Positions 9,675-20,691 of a stretch of 64,000 nt of DNA are shown piece after piece (the stretch's first letter is position 1; each line of letters starts with the position of its first letter). The DNA lies in NCBI GenBank assembly GCA_963719945.1, contig CAVRDX010000001.1, positions 96,001-160,000 on the forward strand. The letters run 5' to 3'. The position numbers and the translations under genes are program-made. The stretch is from an uncultured Thermoplasmata archaeon (GTDB lineage Archaea > Thermoplasmatota > Thermoplasmata > UBA10834). The notes below the pieces were generated by a model, which was not told where the DNA came from, ran no database searches, and saw nothing but the letters and a program-made list of their open reading frames with translations.

Positions 9675-11324
9675 TCACTTCATCATGGGTATCTTGACTT
9701 TGCACTTCTTTGCGACCCTGATTGCCTCTGGGTATCCTGCATCCGCGTGTCTGATGACTCCCATGCCAGGGTCGGCTGTCAACACCCGCTCGATCTTCTC
9801 CTCAGCCTCTTTGGTCCCGTCAGCTATCACGAGCAACCCTGCGTGTGTGGAGTAGCCGATCCCCACACCACCTCCGTTGTGTATGGCGATCAGGTCGGCA
9901 CCAGCGGAGGCGTTCACGAGGGCGTTCAGGAACGGCCAATCGGCAATCGCGTCGCTACCGTCCTTCATGCCTTCGGTCTCTCTGTTCGGGGATGCGACAG
10001 AGCCGCAGTCAAGGTGGTCTCTGGTTATGACGATCGGTCCGGACAGCTCCCCGGAGCCAACCATCCTGTTTATTATCTTGCCGAACCGCGCCCTCTCCCC
10101 ATATCCGAGCCAGCAGACTCTTGCAGGCAATCCCTCGAAGGGCACCTTGTCCTCCGCGAGCTTTATCCAGTTGACGAGCTGCTTGTTCTCCTTGAACTCC
10201 CTCATGACGACCTTGTCCGTCTTGAGTATGTCCTCAGGGTCTCCACTCACCGCGATCCATCTGAACGGTCCTCTGCCCTCGCAGAACATGGGTCGTATGT
10301 AAAGAGGGACGAATCCTTTGAAATCAAAGGCGTTCTCAACGCCTGCTCTCTTGGCCTGAGCCCGGATATTGTTACCGTAATCGAATACTATCGCCCCTTT
10401 CTGCATGAATCCGAGCATCGCTCTGACATGGACTCCCATGCTGTCCAGGGCCCGTTTGATATACTCCTCGGGGTCGCTCTTCCTAAGCTTAGTGGCCTGC
10501 TGTACGCTCAGCCCGCTCGGTATGTAGCCCCCAAGTTCGTCATGTGCGGAGGTCTGGTCCGTCACGACATCGGGGATGATCCCCTTCTCCAGCAAGGCTG
10601 GGTGGGTCTCGGCGCAGTTGCCCAGGAGCCCGATCGAAAGAGGTTTCTTCCGCTTCTTCGCATCGAGAGCCATTTTGACCGCATCGTCCAACCCCTCGAC
10701 CAGCGTGTCGCAATATCCGATCTTGACCCTCCGCTCTATCCTCTTGCGGTCGCACTCGACCGCGATGCACACTCCGCCGTTCATGGTGACGGCGAGAGGT
10801 TGTGCGCCTCCCATCCCGCCAAGGCCGCCTGTAAGGACTAGCCGTCCCTTCAGGTCATCTCTGAAATTCTTCTTGGCACATTCAGCGAATGTCTCGTATG
10901 TGCCTTGGAGTATGCCCTGCGTACCGATGTACGCCCATCCTCCAGCGGTCATCTGGCCATACATGATGAGTCCCTTCGCCTCCAGCTTGTGGAACTCCTC
11001 CCAAGTGGACCATCGGGGTACTAGATGGGCGTTTGCGATGAGCACTCTGGGAGCCAGCTTATGCGTCCTGAAGACGCCGACAGGCTTCCCTGACTGGACT
11101 AGCATTGTCTCGTCGTCTTCCAGTTCCTTCAAGGTGCGGACTATGGCGTCGTAGCAATTCCAGTTCCGGGCGGCCTTCCCGGTGCCTCCGTATATTATGA
11201 GGTCCTCAGGCTTCTCGGCGTTCTCCAGGTTGTTCTGGAGCATCCGGAGTATGGCCTCCTGCCTCCACCCCTTGCAGACCCTGCTATTCCCCCTTCTAGC
11301 CTTCACCTTGGTCATTCGACTCAT
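9675..11324 (-). CDS. hutU: Urocanate hydratase
   Basis: [46 protein letters not shown]. Confidence 0.97.
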   Translation of the reverse strand: MSRMTKVKARRGNSRVCKGWRQEAILRMLQNNLENAEKPEDLIIYGGTGKAARNWNCYDAIVRTLKELEDDETMLVQSGKPVGVFRTHKLAPRVLIANAHLVPRWSTWEEFHKLEAKGLIMYGQMTAGGWAYIGTQGILQGTYETFAECAKKNFRDDLKGRLVLTGGLGGMGGAQPLAVTMNGGVCIAVECDRKRIERRVKIGYCDTLVEGLDDAVKMALDAKKRKKPLSIGLLGNCAETHPALLEKGIIPDVVTDQTSAHDELGGYIPSGLSVQQATKLRKSDPEEYIKRALDSMGVHVRAMLGFMQKGAIVFDYGNNIRAQAKRAGVENAFDFKGFVPLYIRPMFCEGRGPFRWIAVSGDPEDILKTDKVVMREFKENKQLVNWIKLAEDKVPFEGLPARVCWLGYGERARFGKIINRMVGSGELSGPIVITRDHLDCGSVASPNRETEGMKDGSDAIADWPFLNALVNASAGADLIAIHNGGGVGIGYSTHAGLLVIADGTKEAEEKIERVLTADPGMGVIRHADAGYPEAIRVAKKCKVKIPMMK

Positions 11325-11406
11325 CTACTACAGACCTTTTCATCGATAATAGGCTTTTCTTGACTTCCATGGCAGGCTTTATCATAGAGGCCGTGTATGC
11401 GAGCGG

Positions 11407-12420
11407 TTGAAGATGTTCAAAATACCCACGGTCCTCACGGCGGACGAGATACTGGATAAGGCCTTCAAGAAGGCCTCCAAAGTCGATCTCAGCAGCGTAA
11501 CCAAGTTGGAGACTGTGAGGGAGATCAACATTGCCAAGCTCAAGAGCTCCAGTGACACCATTGTGAGCACGATGGGGAAGTACGTCAAGGCGTTCCCCAG
11601 CATCGAGCAGCTGAGCCCGTTCTATAACCAGTTGATAGATGTGACGATCGGCAAGGACCAGCTCAGGAAATCATTGGGCGCGATTGACTGGAGCAGGGGC
11701 CAGGTGGCTAGGGTATCCAAGGACGCGGTCCGAAGAGTGGCAGTCGCGAGGAAGATGGGTGAGATCGACGAGATCCGAAGGGGCGCATATGGCCGGATAT
11801 CATCGGTCGTGAAGCAGGTCGGCAAGGATCTGAAGTTCCTCGCCAATGCCAGGAACATCATACGAAAGTTCCCGACGATCGAGCCCGCGGTGCCGACCAT
11901 CGTGATCGCAGGCGCTCCGAATGTGGGGAAGAGTCAACTCATAGGCAGGATATCGACCGCCAAGCCGAGGGTGGCTGTGTATCCGTTCACTACACAGGAG
12001 GTGTCCGTCGGCGCCTTCGAGAAACGGTATATCCGATATCAGGTGATAGACACCCCAGGTCTGCTCGACCGTCCTCTCAACGAGAGGAATCCGATAGAGC
12101 TCAGGGCTGTGCTCGCGCTGAAGTATCTTGCAGATGTGATAGTCTTCATAATGGACCCTTCTGAGACATGTGGATACCGTGTCGATGAGCAGGAGCGCAT
12201 ACTTGAGACCATCAGATCGGAGTTCGGTGACATACCGATCATTATTGCGGAAAACAAATCCGATGTCCTTGTGACCGAGACCGATCGTCCAAAGATATCT
12301 GCCGAAACAGGCGAGGGTGTGCCAGAGCTCGTCGATTCGGTTGTGGATGAATTAAAGAAGAGAAGTGGTTTGGAGGGGCCCTTGACAGGGCACCTCGGTT
12401 CTAAAGGACTTTCATCCTAG
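11407..12420 (+). CDS. NOG1-family GTP-binding protein
   Basis: GAPNVGKS, YPFTT, DTPGLLDR, NKSD. Confidence 0.92.
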   Translation: MKMFKIPTVLTADEILDKAFKKASKVDLSSVTKLETVREINIAKLKSSSDTIVSTMGKYVKAFPSIEQLSPFYNQLIDVTIGKDQLRKSLGAIDWSRGQVARVSKDAVRRVAVARKMGEIDEIRRGAYGRISSVVKQVGKDLKFLANARNIIRKFPTIEPAVPTIVIAGAPNVGKSQLIGRISTAKPRVAVYPFTTQEVSVGAFEKRYIRYQVIDTPGLLDRPLNERNPIELRAVLALKYLADVIVFIMDPSETCGYRVDEQERILETIRSEFGDIPIIIAENKSDVLVTETDRPKISAETGEGVPELVDSVVDELKKRSGLEGPLTGHLGSKGLSS

Positions 12421-12423
12421 CGC

Positions 12424-12894
12424 TCATCTGGCGGAGAATCTCACATTTACTCGGGATCCTTCAGAGACACCGAGCTTCTCTAGATCCGCATGCGACACGT
12501 GGATTTCTTCACGGTCTGCAGACTTCGCTGGCTCGACGCGGACTTCTGTCTTCATGTCTTTGTTTATCAGATGTGCGTGTTGTCCAGATTGGAGACCGTG
12601 CATCTTCAGGAGTTCTTCGTGCAATCGCACGACTCCCGATGAGAGATCCTTTGCTTCTTTTGCACGCAGTCTCCTCGTTGCCATGTAAGCTCCGGAGAGC
12701 GATTCGTTCTCCCTCTTCAGCTCTTGGGAGACCAATCTCCGGAGTTCCTCTGTGGAGAGCCCTTCCGAGGGTGTTATCCTCTCAGTTACCCTGCGGGCAA
12801 CCTCCTCGCTCGCGCCTGCTCTCCTCACGGATTGCTCCAGCTTCCGCTTGTCAAATTCCTGCATCTCGCCAGAACGCTTCCTTATCTTTGCCAA
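12424..12894 (-). CDS. ATP-cone domain protein with a small C-terminal beta domain
   Basis: N-terminus KIRKRSGEMQEFDKRKLEQSV...STEEL is ATP-cone-like. Confidence 0.7.
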   Translation of the reverse strand: MAKIRKRSGEMQEFDKRKLEQSVRRAGASEEVARRVTERITPSEGLSTEELRRLVSQELKRENESLSGAYMATRRLRAKEAKDLSSGVVRLHEELLKMHGLQSGQHAHLINKDMKTEVRVEPAKSADREEIHVSHADLEKLGVSEGSRVNVRFSAR

Positions 12895-13110
12895 TTTCTC
12901 ACCTCCCCATCGTTCTATGCTGCCTCATCTGTATTAATTATTATGACGTTCGGAGGCGTTTCTCGTCAGCAAGGCTTATAGTCAGATGCAATGATTATCG
13001 TCTGGGATCGCACCTAGCCATCCATTCTGCGGAGATGGTTCTTCCAAGCTCCGCACCAGTCATTCAGTAAGGGGGAGCAGCACACGGCTGGAGTCATATG
13101 CAGCGAATCA

Positions 13111-16100
13111 ATGGAGGAGTACTTCTCATCGCTTCAGAAGGCGGTAGACCATTGCTACGACGTCGCTAGGCGCGCGAGGATGAAGGCTTTCGACCCCGAG
13201 CTCGATGTCGAGATACCGCAGGCCTCGGACCTTGCTGCTCGTGTCGAGAAACTCTTATCCGACTGGGATGTCGAAGGAGTCGCCGACCGTATCAGGGAGC
13301 TGGCGAGAGACCACAACAGGGAGGAGATATCCCTCATCATCGCGAAAGAATACGCGAAGATGCCTGCGAAGACGGCCGAGTTCGCGATAGAACGCGCGAT
13401 CAGGGTGGGGTTGGCCGTCCTCACTGAAGGTATACTTGTCGCCCCTCTCGAAGGCATAGCCGAGGTCTCCATAAACAAGAACGCCGACGGGTCGGATTAT
13501 CTGACGGTATTCTTCGCTGGCCCTATCCGATCTGCAGGTGGGACCGGTCAGGCCATGAGCGTTCTCATTGCAGATGTCGTCCGTCGCGAGCTAGGGATCG
13601 GCAGATACCTGCCGACCAACGGTGAAGTCCAGAGGCTAAAGGAGGAGATTCCTCTCTACAAGTCCTGCCAGCATCTCCAATACACCCCTTCCAACGAGGA
13701 GATCGACATCATAACCAAGAACATACCGATCTGCGTCGACGGTGAAGGGACGGAGGACGAGGAGATACAGGGCTTCAGGGACCAACCCCGCATAGCCACC
13801 AACCGGGTTAGGGGCGGAGCGTGTCTCGTCATCGCCGAGGGGATGTGTCTCAAGGCGCCGAAGATCCAGAAACACGTCAAGCGTCTGGCCATCGACGGAT
13901 GGGAGTTCATCGATGAATACGTGAACTTGAGGAAGAAAGGCCAAGAGACCGATGGCTCCGGGATCTCGCCGAGCGTGAAGTTCCTGAAGGACCTCATCGC
14001 CGGGAGGCCGGTCCTGTCATATCCGTCCCGGGTCGGTGGTTTCAGGCTGCGATACGGTCGAACGAGGGCGACGGGGTTGGCCGCAATCGCCATGAATCCT
14101 GCTACCATGATAATGCTGGATGAATTCGTTGCCATAGGCACTCAGATCAAGATCGAACGGCCAGGCAAAGCAGGCGCGATCACCCCATGTTCGGCGATCG
14201 ATGGACCGATAGTCCTGTTATACAATGGTGATGTCGTGTATGTCCCGACCGTCTCCAAAGCCCGCTCCCTGATGGGCCAGGTGAAGGAGATAATCGATGT
14301 TGGGGAGATACTGATACCTTTCGGGGAGTTCGTCGAGAACAACCATCTTCTCATGCCTTCGGGGTACACGATCGATTGGCACGGGGAGGAACTGCGGGAG
14401 AAATGCGGCAAACTCCCGATTGGATGGGAGGTGTTTTCTCTGGATGAGGCCATGCGCATGTGCAGGGAATACAAGGTCCCTCTACATCCCAATTACAACC
14501 TGTTCTGGTATGATCTCCCTCCAACGGACGTGCTCTTCCTTCGCAATCATCTGATGCAGAATTCTGAGTTCACGGATGGAGCGTTGTTCGTGAAGGATGG
14601 GGAGCGGGTGAAGAGCCTCCTCGAGAGCCTGGGCGTGCTCCACAAGGTTGTCGCCGGCGGATACAAGGTGGAGGAATCCACCGGTTCATTGATGCTCGGT
14701 CTCGGACTGGAGGACAAAGGCGGACGATTGGTCGGAAATGGCAATGAAGTGCCATCGAGCGAGAAAACGATGGAGATCGTGTCAGCTCTGGCAGGGGTGG
14801 AGATACGCCCGAAGGCTGTGACACGGATAGGTGCTCGGGTGGCTAGACCTGAGAAGGCGAGGGAGAGACGGATGAAACCGCCACCCCATTGTCTATTCCC
14901 TGTGGGCATAGCTGGCGGCCAGCAACGGATGATAAACGATGCTGCGCAGGCGGGTGAGCTCAGGGTGGAGCTGGGTGAGCGGATCTGTGCCACATGTGGG
15001 GCGAAGGGGTTCATGTCCAAATGCAGGTGTGGGGCCCACACGACCCAGACTGGAGAGACCTCGCTGCAGTCGGTGCCTCTCGCGGATATGCTTCAGAGGG
15101 CCTTCGACGCGGTTCAGATGAAGCGTCCGGTGGATGTGAAAGGCGTCCAAGGCATGATATCGAAGTGCAAGACGCCTGAGTGTCTGGAGAAAGGAGTCCT
15201 GAGGGCAAAGCACGACCTCTTCGTGTTCAAGGACGGAACCATCAGGGTGGATGCCACGGATGTTCCGATCACTCATTTCAGGCTATCTGAGATAGCGCTC
15301 AGCGTGGAAGCGGCCCATATGCTGGGATATGTTAAAGACATCTCAGGGAACGAGATCAAGAGCCCGGACCAGCTGGTCGAGATAAAGGTCCAGGACGTCA
15401 TCATACCCAACTCGTGCGTGGACTACATGATGGCGACAGCACGATTCATAGACGATCTACTGGATCGATTCTACGGCATCGAGCCGTTCTACAGGATATT
15501 CAGGAAGCAGGACATGATAGGCCATCTCGTGGTCGGACTTGCCCCACACACATCTGGTGGAGTCCTGTCCAGGATCATAGGATTCACGGATGCGCACGTA
15601 GGGTACGCGCACCCATTCTTCCATGCTGCCAAGAGGCGCAACTGCGACGGGGACGAGGACTCAATCATCATGCTGATGGATTGCCTCCTCAACTTCTCCC
15701 GCGCCTTCCTTCCGGAGCGACGCGGCGGGCTGATGGATGCCCCGTTGGTCCTTACGACCAAGCTGGACCCGAACGAGATCGACAAGGAGGCCCACAACAT
15801 CGACGTGTCCTCCAGATACCCGCTGGAATTCTTCAGGGCCACTCAGAGATATGCCCACCCGAAGGAGGTGGAGTCCTTCATGGATCTGGTTGGCAGCAGG
15901 ATCGGAACAGTCCTTCAGTACGAGGGCTTGGGGTTCACGCATGATGTCGACGACATCTCCGAAGGGCCGGTCACATCGGCCTATACCTCCTTGGAGACCA
16001 TGGACGAGAAGCTCGATGCCCAGATGGCCCTTGGCGTGAGGATACGCGCAGTCGATGTGAACGATGTGGCTCACAGGGTGATCACACGACATCTCCTGCC

Positions 16101-16392
16101 GGACATACAGGGCAGCTTGAAGAGGTTCACGGGACAGACCCTTCGATGCCCAAAGTGCCATGCCAAGTATCGACGGATACCTTTGAAGGGCACATGCTAC
16201 TGCGGTCACAAACTGACTCTCACGGTCTACGAGGCCGGCGTGAGCAAGTACCTGGAAAAGGCCAAATCGATGGGGGCGACCTTCAATATCCCGCCCTACA
16301 CGCTCCAGAGGATAACCTTGCTGGAGAGCGCGATAAATTCGTTGTTCCAATCAGATAAGGTGAAAAACGCGAAGCTGGACGAGTTCCTGTAG
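13111..16392 (+). CDS. polC: DNA polymerase D large subunit (DP2)
   Basis: GPIRSAGGT, GFRLRYGR, AAKRRNCDGDED, C-terminal zinc finger; no intein apparent. Confidence 0.98.
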   Translation: MEEYFSSLQKAVDHCYDVARRARMKAFDPELDVEIPQASDLAARVEKLLSDWDVEGVADRIRELARDHNREEISLIIAKEYAKMPAKTAEFAIERAIRVGLAVLTEGILVAPLEGIAEVSINKNADGSDYLTVFFAGPIRSAGGTGQAMSVLIADVVRRELGIGRYLPTNGEVQRLKEEIPLYKSCQHLQYTPSNEEIDIITKNIPICVDGEGTEDEEIQGFRDQPRIATNRVRGGACLVIAEGMCLKAPKIQKHVKRLAIDGWEFIDEYVNLRKKGQETDGSGISPSVKFLKDLIAGRPVLSYPSRVGGFRLRYGRTRATGLAAIAMNPATMIMLDEFVAIGTQIKIERPGKAGAITPCSAIDGPIVLLYNGDVVYVPTVSKARSLMGQVKEIIDVGEILIPFGEFVENNHLLMPSGYTIDWHGEELREKCGKLPIGWEVFSLDEAMRMCREYKVPLHPNYNLFWYDLPPTDVLFLRNHLMQNSEFTDGALFVKDGERVKSLLESLGVLHKVVAGGYKVEESTGSLMLGLGLEDKGGRLVGNGNEVPSSEKTMEIVSALAGVEIRPKAVTRIGARVARPEKARERRMKPPPHCLFPVGIAGGQQRMINDAAQAGELRVELGERICATCGAKGFMSKCRCGAHTTQTGETSLQSVPLADMLQRAFDAVQMKRPVDVKGVQGMISKCKTPECLEKGVLRAKHDLFVFKDGTIRVDATDVPITHFRLSEIALSVEAAHMLGYVKDISGNEIKSPDQLVEIKVQDVIIPNSCVDYMMATARFIDDLLDRFYGIEPFYRIFRKQDMIGHLVVGLAPHTSGGVLSRIIGFTDAHVGYAHPFFHAAKRRNCDGDEDSIIMLMDCLLNFSRAFLPERRGGLMDAPLVLTTKLDPNEIDKEAHNIDVSSRYPLEFFRATQRYAHPKEVESFMDLVGSRIGTVLQYEGLGFTHDVDDISEGPVTSAYTSLETMDEKLDAQMALGVRIRAVDVNDVAHRVITRHLLPDIQGSLKRFTGQTLRCPKCHAKYRRIPLKGTCYCGHKLTLTVYEAGVSKYLEKAKSMGATFNIPPYTLQRITLLESAINSLFQSDKVKNAKLDEFL

Positions 16393-16400
16393 GCAGGATC

Positions 16401-17243
16401 TCATTCTTCCAGCTTGGCTATCTGTTCTCTGAGGGTTTCGAAGCGCTCCTCGAGGATCTTCAGACCCTTTATGAGCACTTCCTTCGCGAGAAGCGAACCG
16501 TCCGTCTCGAACCTGAAGATTATCTTGCTGGGATCGCCGGAGACCTTGATAACGCCTGTGTCGCAGACCTCTGTGCATGCGTTGCACAGGTTGCAGTTCT
16601 CCGGGTTCTTGATGACGATCTTCTTGTCCTCCTTCACGAGCACGCCTCTGGGGCATACACTCACGCAAGACATCCCGGTGTCGCACTTCGAGTGGTCTAT
16701 CTCGATCTTAGCGTAATATCTGTAACCAGCACCGAGGGCAGCCTGCCACCTGGCGTGCTGTCTACCGGTCCCGAGCTCAGCCGTTGCGTATATCAGCAAG
16801 GCCTGGTCGTCTGCGAGCTTGACGATCGGTATGAGGTCGTCCTTTACTCTGTACTTCTCGCTGCCTATCGGCTCAAGGTCGCCACTGTACACGGTGCATG
16901 GCCCCTTCTTGTTCAGGGAGTACATTACCGTGCAGCTCGGACAGCCTTCTCCGTTGCAGCTGCACTTGGACCTGTATATGAACATATCCAGATCGGTCGG
17001 TACCGGTACGAGGGACAACCTGTGTGCCAATATCTCATCGAAAAGCGGGGATATGCTCTCGTAAGCCGTCCCACCCTCGTCCATGATCGGTCCAAGGTGG
17101 AATTCGACATTGTCTATCGCCATCTTGGGGACATCGGATACGATCGTCCTTCTGAGCGCGTTCACGAACATCGGGTTCGTGTCGCTTATCACGAGTTGCG
17201 CCTTTGTCGGCGTCATCTCAAGTATATCGATCTTCATCTGCAA
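16401..17243 (-). CDS. rpoD: RNA polymerase subunit D (Rpo3) with ferredoxin-like domain
   Basis: NALRRT, DEILAHRLSLVP, HARWQ, CxxCxxCxxxC. Confidence 0.95.
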   Translation of the reverse strand: MQMKIDILEMTPTKAQLVISDTNPMFVNALRRTIVSDVPKMAIDNVEFHLGPIMDEGGTAYESISPLFDEILAHRLSLVPVPTDLDMFIYRSKCSCNGEGCPSCTVMYSLNKKGPCTVYSGDLEPIGSEKYRVKDDLIPIVKLADDQALLIYATAELGTGRQHARWQAALGAGYRYYAKIEIDHSKCDTGMSCVSVCPRGVLVKEDKKIVIKNPENCNLCNACTEVCDTGVIKVSGDPSKIIFRFETDGSLLAKEVLIKGLKILEERFETLREQIAKLEE

Positions 17244-17246
17244 CCA

Positions 17247-17630
17247 CTATACCCTTCGGCCCCTTCTTCCGCCTTTCTTCTTGGTTCCATCGTGCGGAAC
17301 GGGTGTGACATCCTCTATCCTGCCTATGCGCAGGCCGGCCCTCGCTAGCCCTCTTATCGCCGCCTGTGCGCCAGGTCCAGGGGAAGTCGATCTGTTCCCT
17401 CCAGGTGCCCTGACTTTGACATGGATGCTATCGATGCCCTTCTCCTTGGCTATGTCGGCCACCTTCTCGGCTGCCTTCATGGCGGCGTATGGTGACGCTT
17501 CATCCTTTGCGGCCTTGACGACCATTCCTCCGGTCGCCTTGGTTATGGTCTCGGCACCGGTGATGTCCGTGACCGTGATTATGATGTTATTGTAGCTCGC
17601 ATAGACATGAGCTATTCCCCATTTGCCCAT
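17247..17630 (-). CDS. rps11: 30S ribosomal protein S11 (uS11)
   Basis: [15 protein letters not shown]...[10 protein letters not shown]...GGRRGRRV. Confidence 0.97.
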   Translation of the reverse strand: MGKWGIAHVYASYNNIIITVTDITGAETITKATGGMVVKAAKDEASPYAAMKAAEKVADIAKEKGIDSIHVKVRAPGGNRSTSPGPGAQAAIRGLARAGLRIGRIEDVTPVPHDGTKKKGGRRGRRV

Positions 17631-17634
17631 CGAT

Positions 17635-18339
17635 TCACTTCTCCTCTTCTGCGGGTTCATCGGCCTCAACGGCATCGATGTCCGCGCCTTCCTTCTCCTT
17701 CTCCTCCTTCAGCTCTTCCTTGAGGATCTTCTTGAGCTTAGGCTTGGCTACCTTGATCTCGTCCTTCGCCTCTTCCCTCTTGGCCATGGCGGCCTCTCTG
17801 ATCCTCGGGAGGTCTTCCTCCTTTGGTCTGACGGGGTGAAGTTCGTTGGCGATCGGGGAGGTTTCATGATATGTCATCTGGTCCTCCTCGTTCCTCTTGA
17901 CCATGTATCCTGGTATGGTGACCTTCCTGCCGGCGATGGACGCGTGCCCGTGCACGATGAACTGCCTCGCCTGCTTGGGGGTGTACGCCAGCCCCTTCCT
18001 GTATATCAGGGTCTGGAAGCGCCTCGAAAGCACTTCCTCGGTGTTGAGCGCAAGAACGTCATTGAGTGTGGCCTCGGGTGGAAGCAACGCCAACCTCGCG
18101 CATCGCGCAAGCAGCTGCTTCGTCTCTATCTCGGCCTGTTTGTCCCCGGTCCTCAGCCTCGCCTGGAGATCCCTGCTCTGAGTCCTGAGCCTCCTCACGA
18201 GTGACTGGGCACGCCAGAGCTCCCTCTTGTTTTTGAGGCCGTACTTCATGATCAAGTCGTTTTCCGCCTTGATCCGCTCCCCTTCCCATGGATGGGATGG
18301 GGTTTCATACTTCTTCTTTGAAAATTTAGGATCGCCCAT
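17635..18339 (-). CDS. rps4: 30S ribosomal protein S4 (uS4)
   Basis: [25 protein letters not shown]. Confidence 0.97.
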   Translation of the reverse strand: MGDPKFSKKKYETPSHPWEGERIKAENDLIMKYGLKNKRELWRAQSLVRRLRTQSRDLQARLRTGDKQAEIETKQLLARCARLALLPPEATLNDVLALNTEEVLSRRFQTLIYRKGLAYTPKQARQFIVHGHASIAGRKVTIPGYMVKRNEEDQMTYHETSPIANELHPVRPKEEDLPRIREAAMAKREEAKDEIKVAKPKLKKILKEELKEEKEKEGADIDAVEADEPAEEEK

Positions 18340-18347
18340 CAGTCACA

Positions 18348-18924
18348 CTACTCCTTAGCTGGAGCCGCGGCGGGGCTCTCCTTCTTTCTCATGACACCCA
18401 TGGTCATTCCGGTCCTGCCATTCGCTCTCGACCTCTGGCCCCGGACTTTCTGACCCTGTTCATGTCTTATGCCCTTGTAGCATCTGATCATTCTCATGAC
18501 ATTGATGTCGTCCCTTCTGTAGAGGTCGACGTCGATTCCAACCAGGTGTAGGTCCGCGCCCGAGGACCAGTCGTTCTGTCTGTTGGTCATCCAGTGCGGT
18601 ACCTTCTCCGAGTATTCGGTTATGAGCTTCTCGAGTTCGGCCGTCTTCTCCTCTGGGAGATCGCCGATCTTGACAGTTCTTCGGTATGCCTGCCATCCTG
18701 GCGATGATCTCAGCCGTTCTAAGGCCAATGCCCTTGACGGCTGTCAGCGCGATGACGATGTCCTTCCTGCCATCCGCGTCGGTGTTCACCAGTCTAACTA
18801 TGTACCTGAAATTCTCGTCCCTCTTCTCCTTGTCAACTGAGGGCTTCTTTTCGGCCTTAGACTCGGCCTGCTTACTCTTCTCCTTCTTTTCACCCTTCTG
18901 CTTGGGTTCTTTCTGTTCTGGCAA
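18348..18924 (-). CDS. rps13: 30S ribosomal protein S13 (uS13), with an apparent +1 frameshift at ~18680
   Basis: N-half (FRYIVRLVNTD..GIG) and C-half (YKGIRH..KVRGQR) lie in different frames; removing one base gives GIPRTVKIGDL; TTG start at 18924 after GGAGGT. Confidence 0.9.
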
Positions 18925-19098
18925 ACAGCGACCTCCACGGTAGCATGGCTCTAAACCGGCTGTTCCGGTCCCCAGACCAATCAATATGCATAGTCTGGAG
19001 AGCAAATCCCCCACACACTAAGGTGTATAAAACATTTATGCTCGCGCACTCTGGCCGGTTAGGTACTTGCGCAGACATGCCAGCATATCCTTGACGGG

Positions 19099-19933
19099 TC
19101 ATCGTTCCTGCCTTTTCCTTCCCGCTTCGTCGATGGCCCTCGCCGCCTCCGATGTCGCATGGTCCAAACTGACTGGTATGGATCGGAAGTCATAGCCCAT
19201 GCCCTTTAGCCTGGAGAACAGTTTCGAGAGTGGCGGCAACTCTATGCCTGCATGCTCGAGCATGTCCTTCCTGTGTGCCAGGTCTGTCAAGGTCCCATCG
19301 AACATGACCGATCTATTTATGACTATCACACGGTCCGCGAGGTCCGCCACAGCTTCCAGGTCGTGTGTGGCCATCAGCATCGTTCTCTTCATGCCCTTCA
19401 GGAGACCTATCAGGTCAGATCTGGCTTTTGGGTCCAATCCCGAGGTGGGCTCGTCCAGGAGGAGTATGGCCGGCTCCATCGCCAATACCCCGGCGATCGC
19501 CACCCTCTTCTTCATGCCATGGCTGAGCCTGTGTGGCACCCGCTTCCCTAGGTCCTCTGTGCCAGTGCTCCTAAGAGCCTTCGTCACTCTTCCTTGTATA
19601 TCGCCGAGGCCCAGGTTCTGGGGACCGAAAGCGACGTCTTCCTCGACCGTGGGCATGAATATCTGATCATCTGGATCCTGGAACAGCATGCCTAAATGCC
19701 TTCTCACTCTGTCCTCGTTTCTATCCTCCAGAACATCACCGTTCACGACGACCTTTCCTGTGAACGGGGTTCTGAAGCCTGCAATCAGGCTGAACAGCGT
19801 CGATTTCCCCGCACCGTTGGGGCCTATTATTGCCACCTTCTCGCCGGGCTCGACCTTGAATGATATCTCCTTCAATCGCCGGGGTTCCGTCCTCGTATGA
19901 GAACGACAGTCCGTCTATCTCAAGTATGTTCAT
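19099..19933 (-). CDS. cbiO: Ni/Co ECF transporter ATPase (CbiO/NikO), with an apparent +1 frameshift at ~19876
   Basis: MNILEIDGLSFSYEDGTPA then LKEISF in a shifted frame; GPNGAGKS, FQDPDDQ, LSHG, LDEPT. Confidence 0.88.
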
Positions 19934-20685
19934 GTGAACGCCCCCAGCTGGAATGTCATTAGAAGGCCGGAAACGACCGCGAACCATGCGATGAATGCGA
20001 GGTCTGCCGCTGCGAGCCTGGTCCGCTTCCATGTCTTCAGATCGAAATTAAAGCCCCTCATCTTCAATCCTTCATATCCCTTCTCTGCCCTGTCGGATGC
20101 CCTGACGAACACCATCCCTGCGGTGTAGCCGATTATCTTCAGGCCTCTCAGGTCGAATAGGCTCTTTCCGCCCGAGAAACCCCTCGCCTTCCTGGCCGTC
20201 TTCATCCTGCCGAGCTCATCGGCCATCAGCACTATGTACTTGTATGTCAGCATCAACAGGGTCGAGATGATCTTCGGAACACCCAGCCTCCTCAGCCCCG
20301 CGAACAGTTGGAGGCTCTCGGTGGCGCTGGCAAGCACCAGGAGCGCGATGACGCAGGCGCTCGTCCTCGCCCACATGCCTATTCCACGGTCGATCCCGGC
20401 AAATAGGAATACGGATACTGAAGCTATCAGGATGAACGGCAAGGCTCCGGCATATGCTTTGATCAGGTGTCTGGCGGGGACCTGGCTGAATGCTGCGAAT
20501 ATGATCGAGAGCGCAAGAGCTGCGAATATCAGCTCCGTGACTGTCAGCATAGCTGAGACCGTCACGAACACGACTACGCCGATTATCTTCGCGCGCGCAT
20601 CGAGTTTCCCCATCCAGCTGGCTCTCGCATGCTCGTCGAGCTCATCGGTCCGTGTATGGTGTCCTCGAACATGCCCTACGATCAT
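19930..20685 (-). CDS. cbiQ: Ni/Co ECF transporter T component (CbiQ/NikQ)
   Basis: LDARAK, ARKARG and MRG motifs, multiple TMs, operon context. Confidence 0.88.
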   Translation of the reverse strand: MIVGHVRGHHTRTDELDEHARASWMGKLDARAKIIGVVVFVTVSAMLTVTELIFAALALSIIFAAFSQVPARHLIKAYAGALPFILIASVSVFLFAGIDRGIGMWARTSACVIALLVLASATESLQLFAGLRRLGVPKIISTLLMLTYKYIVLMADELGRMKTARKARGFSGGKSLFDLRGLKIIGYTAGMVFVRASDRAEKGYEGLKMRGFNFDLKTWKRTRLAAADLAFIAWFAVVSGLLMTFQLGAFT

Positions 20686-20691
20686 CTGTGC

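Noticed and set aside
9537-10841. 434-aa + strand ORF and similar long antisense ORFs (7349-8233, 22912-23754, 36805-37605)
   Set aside because: Antisense shadows of well-supported genes in GC-rich coding DNA.
13111-16392. Intein in polC
   Set aside because: The RRNCDGDED region is uninterrupted and the length is normal.
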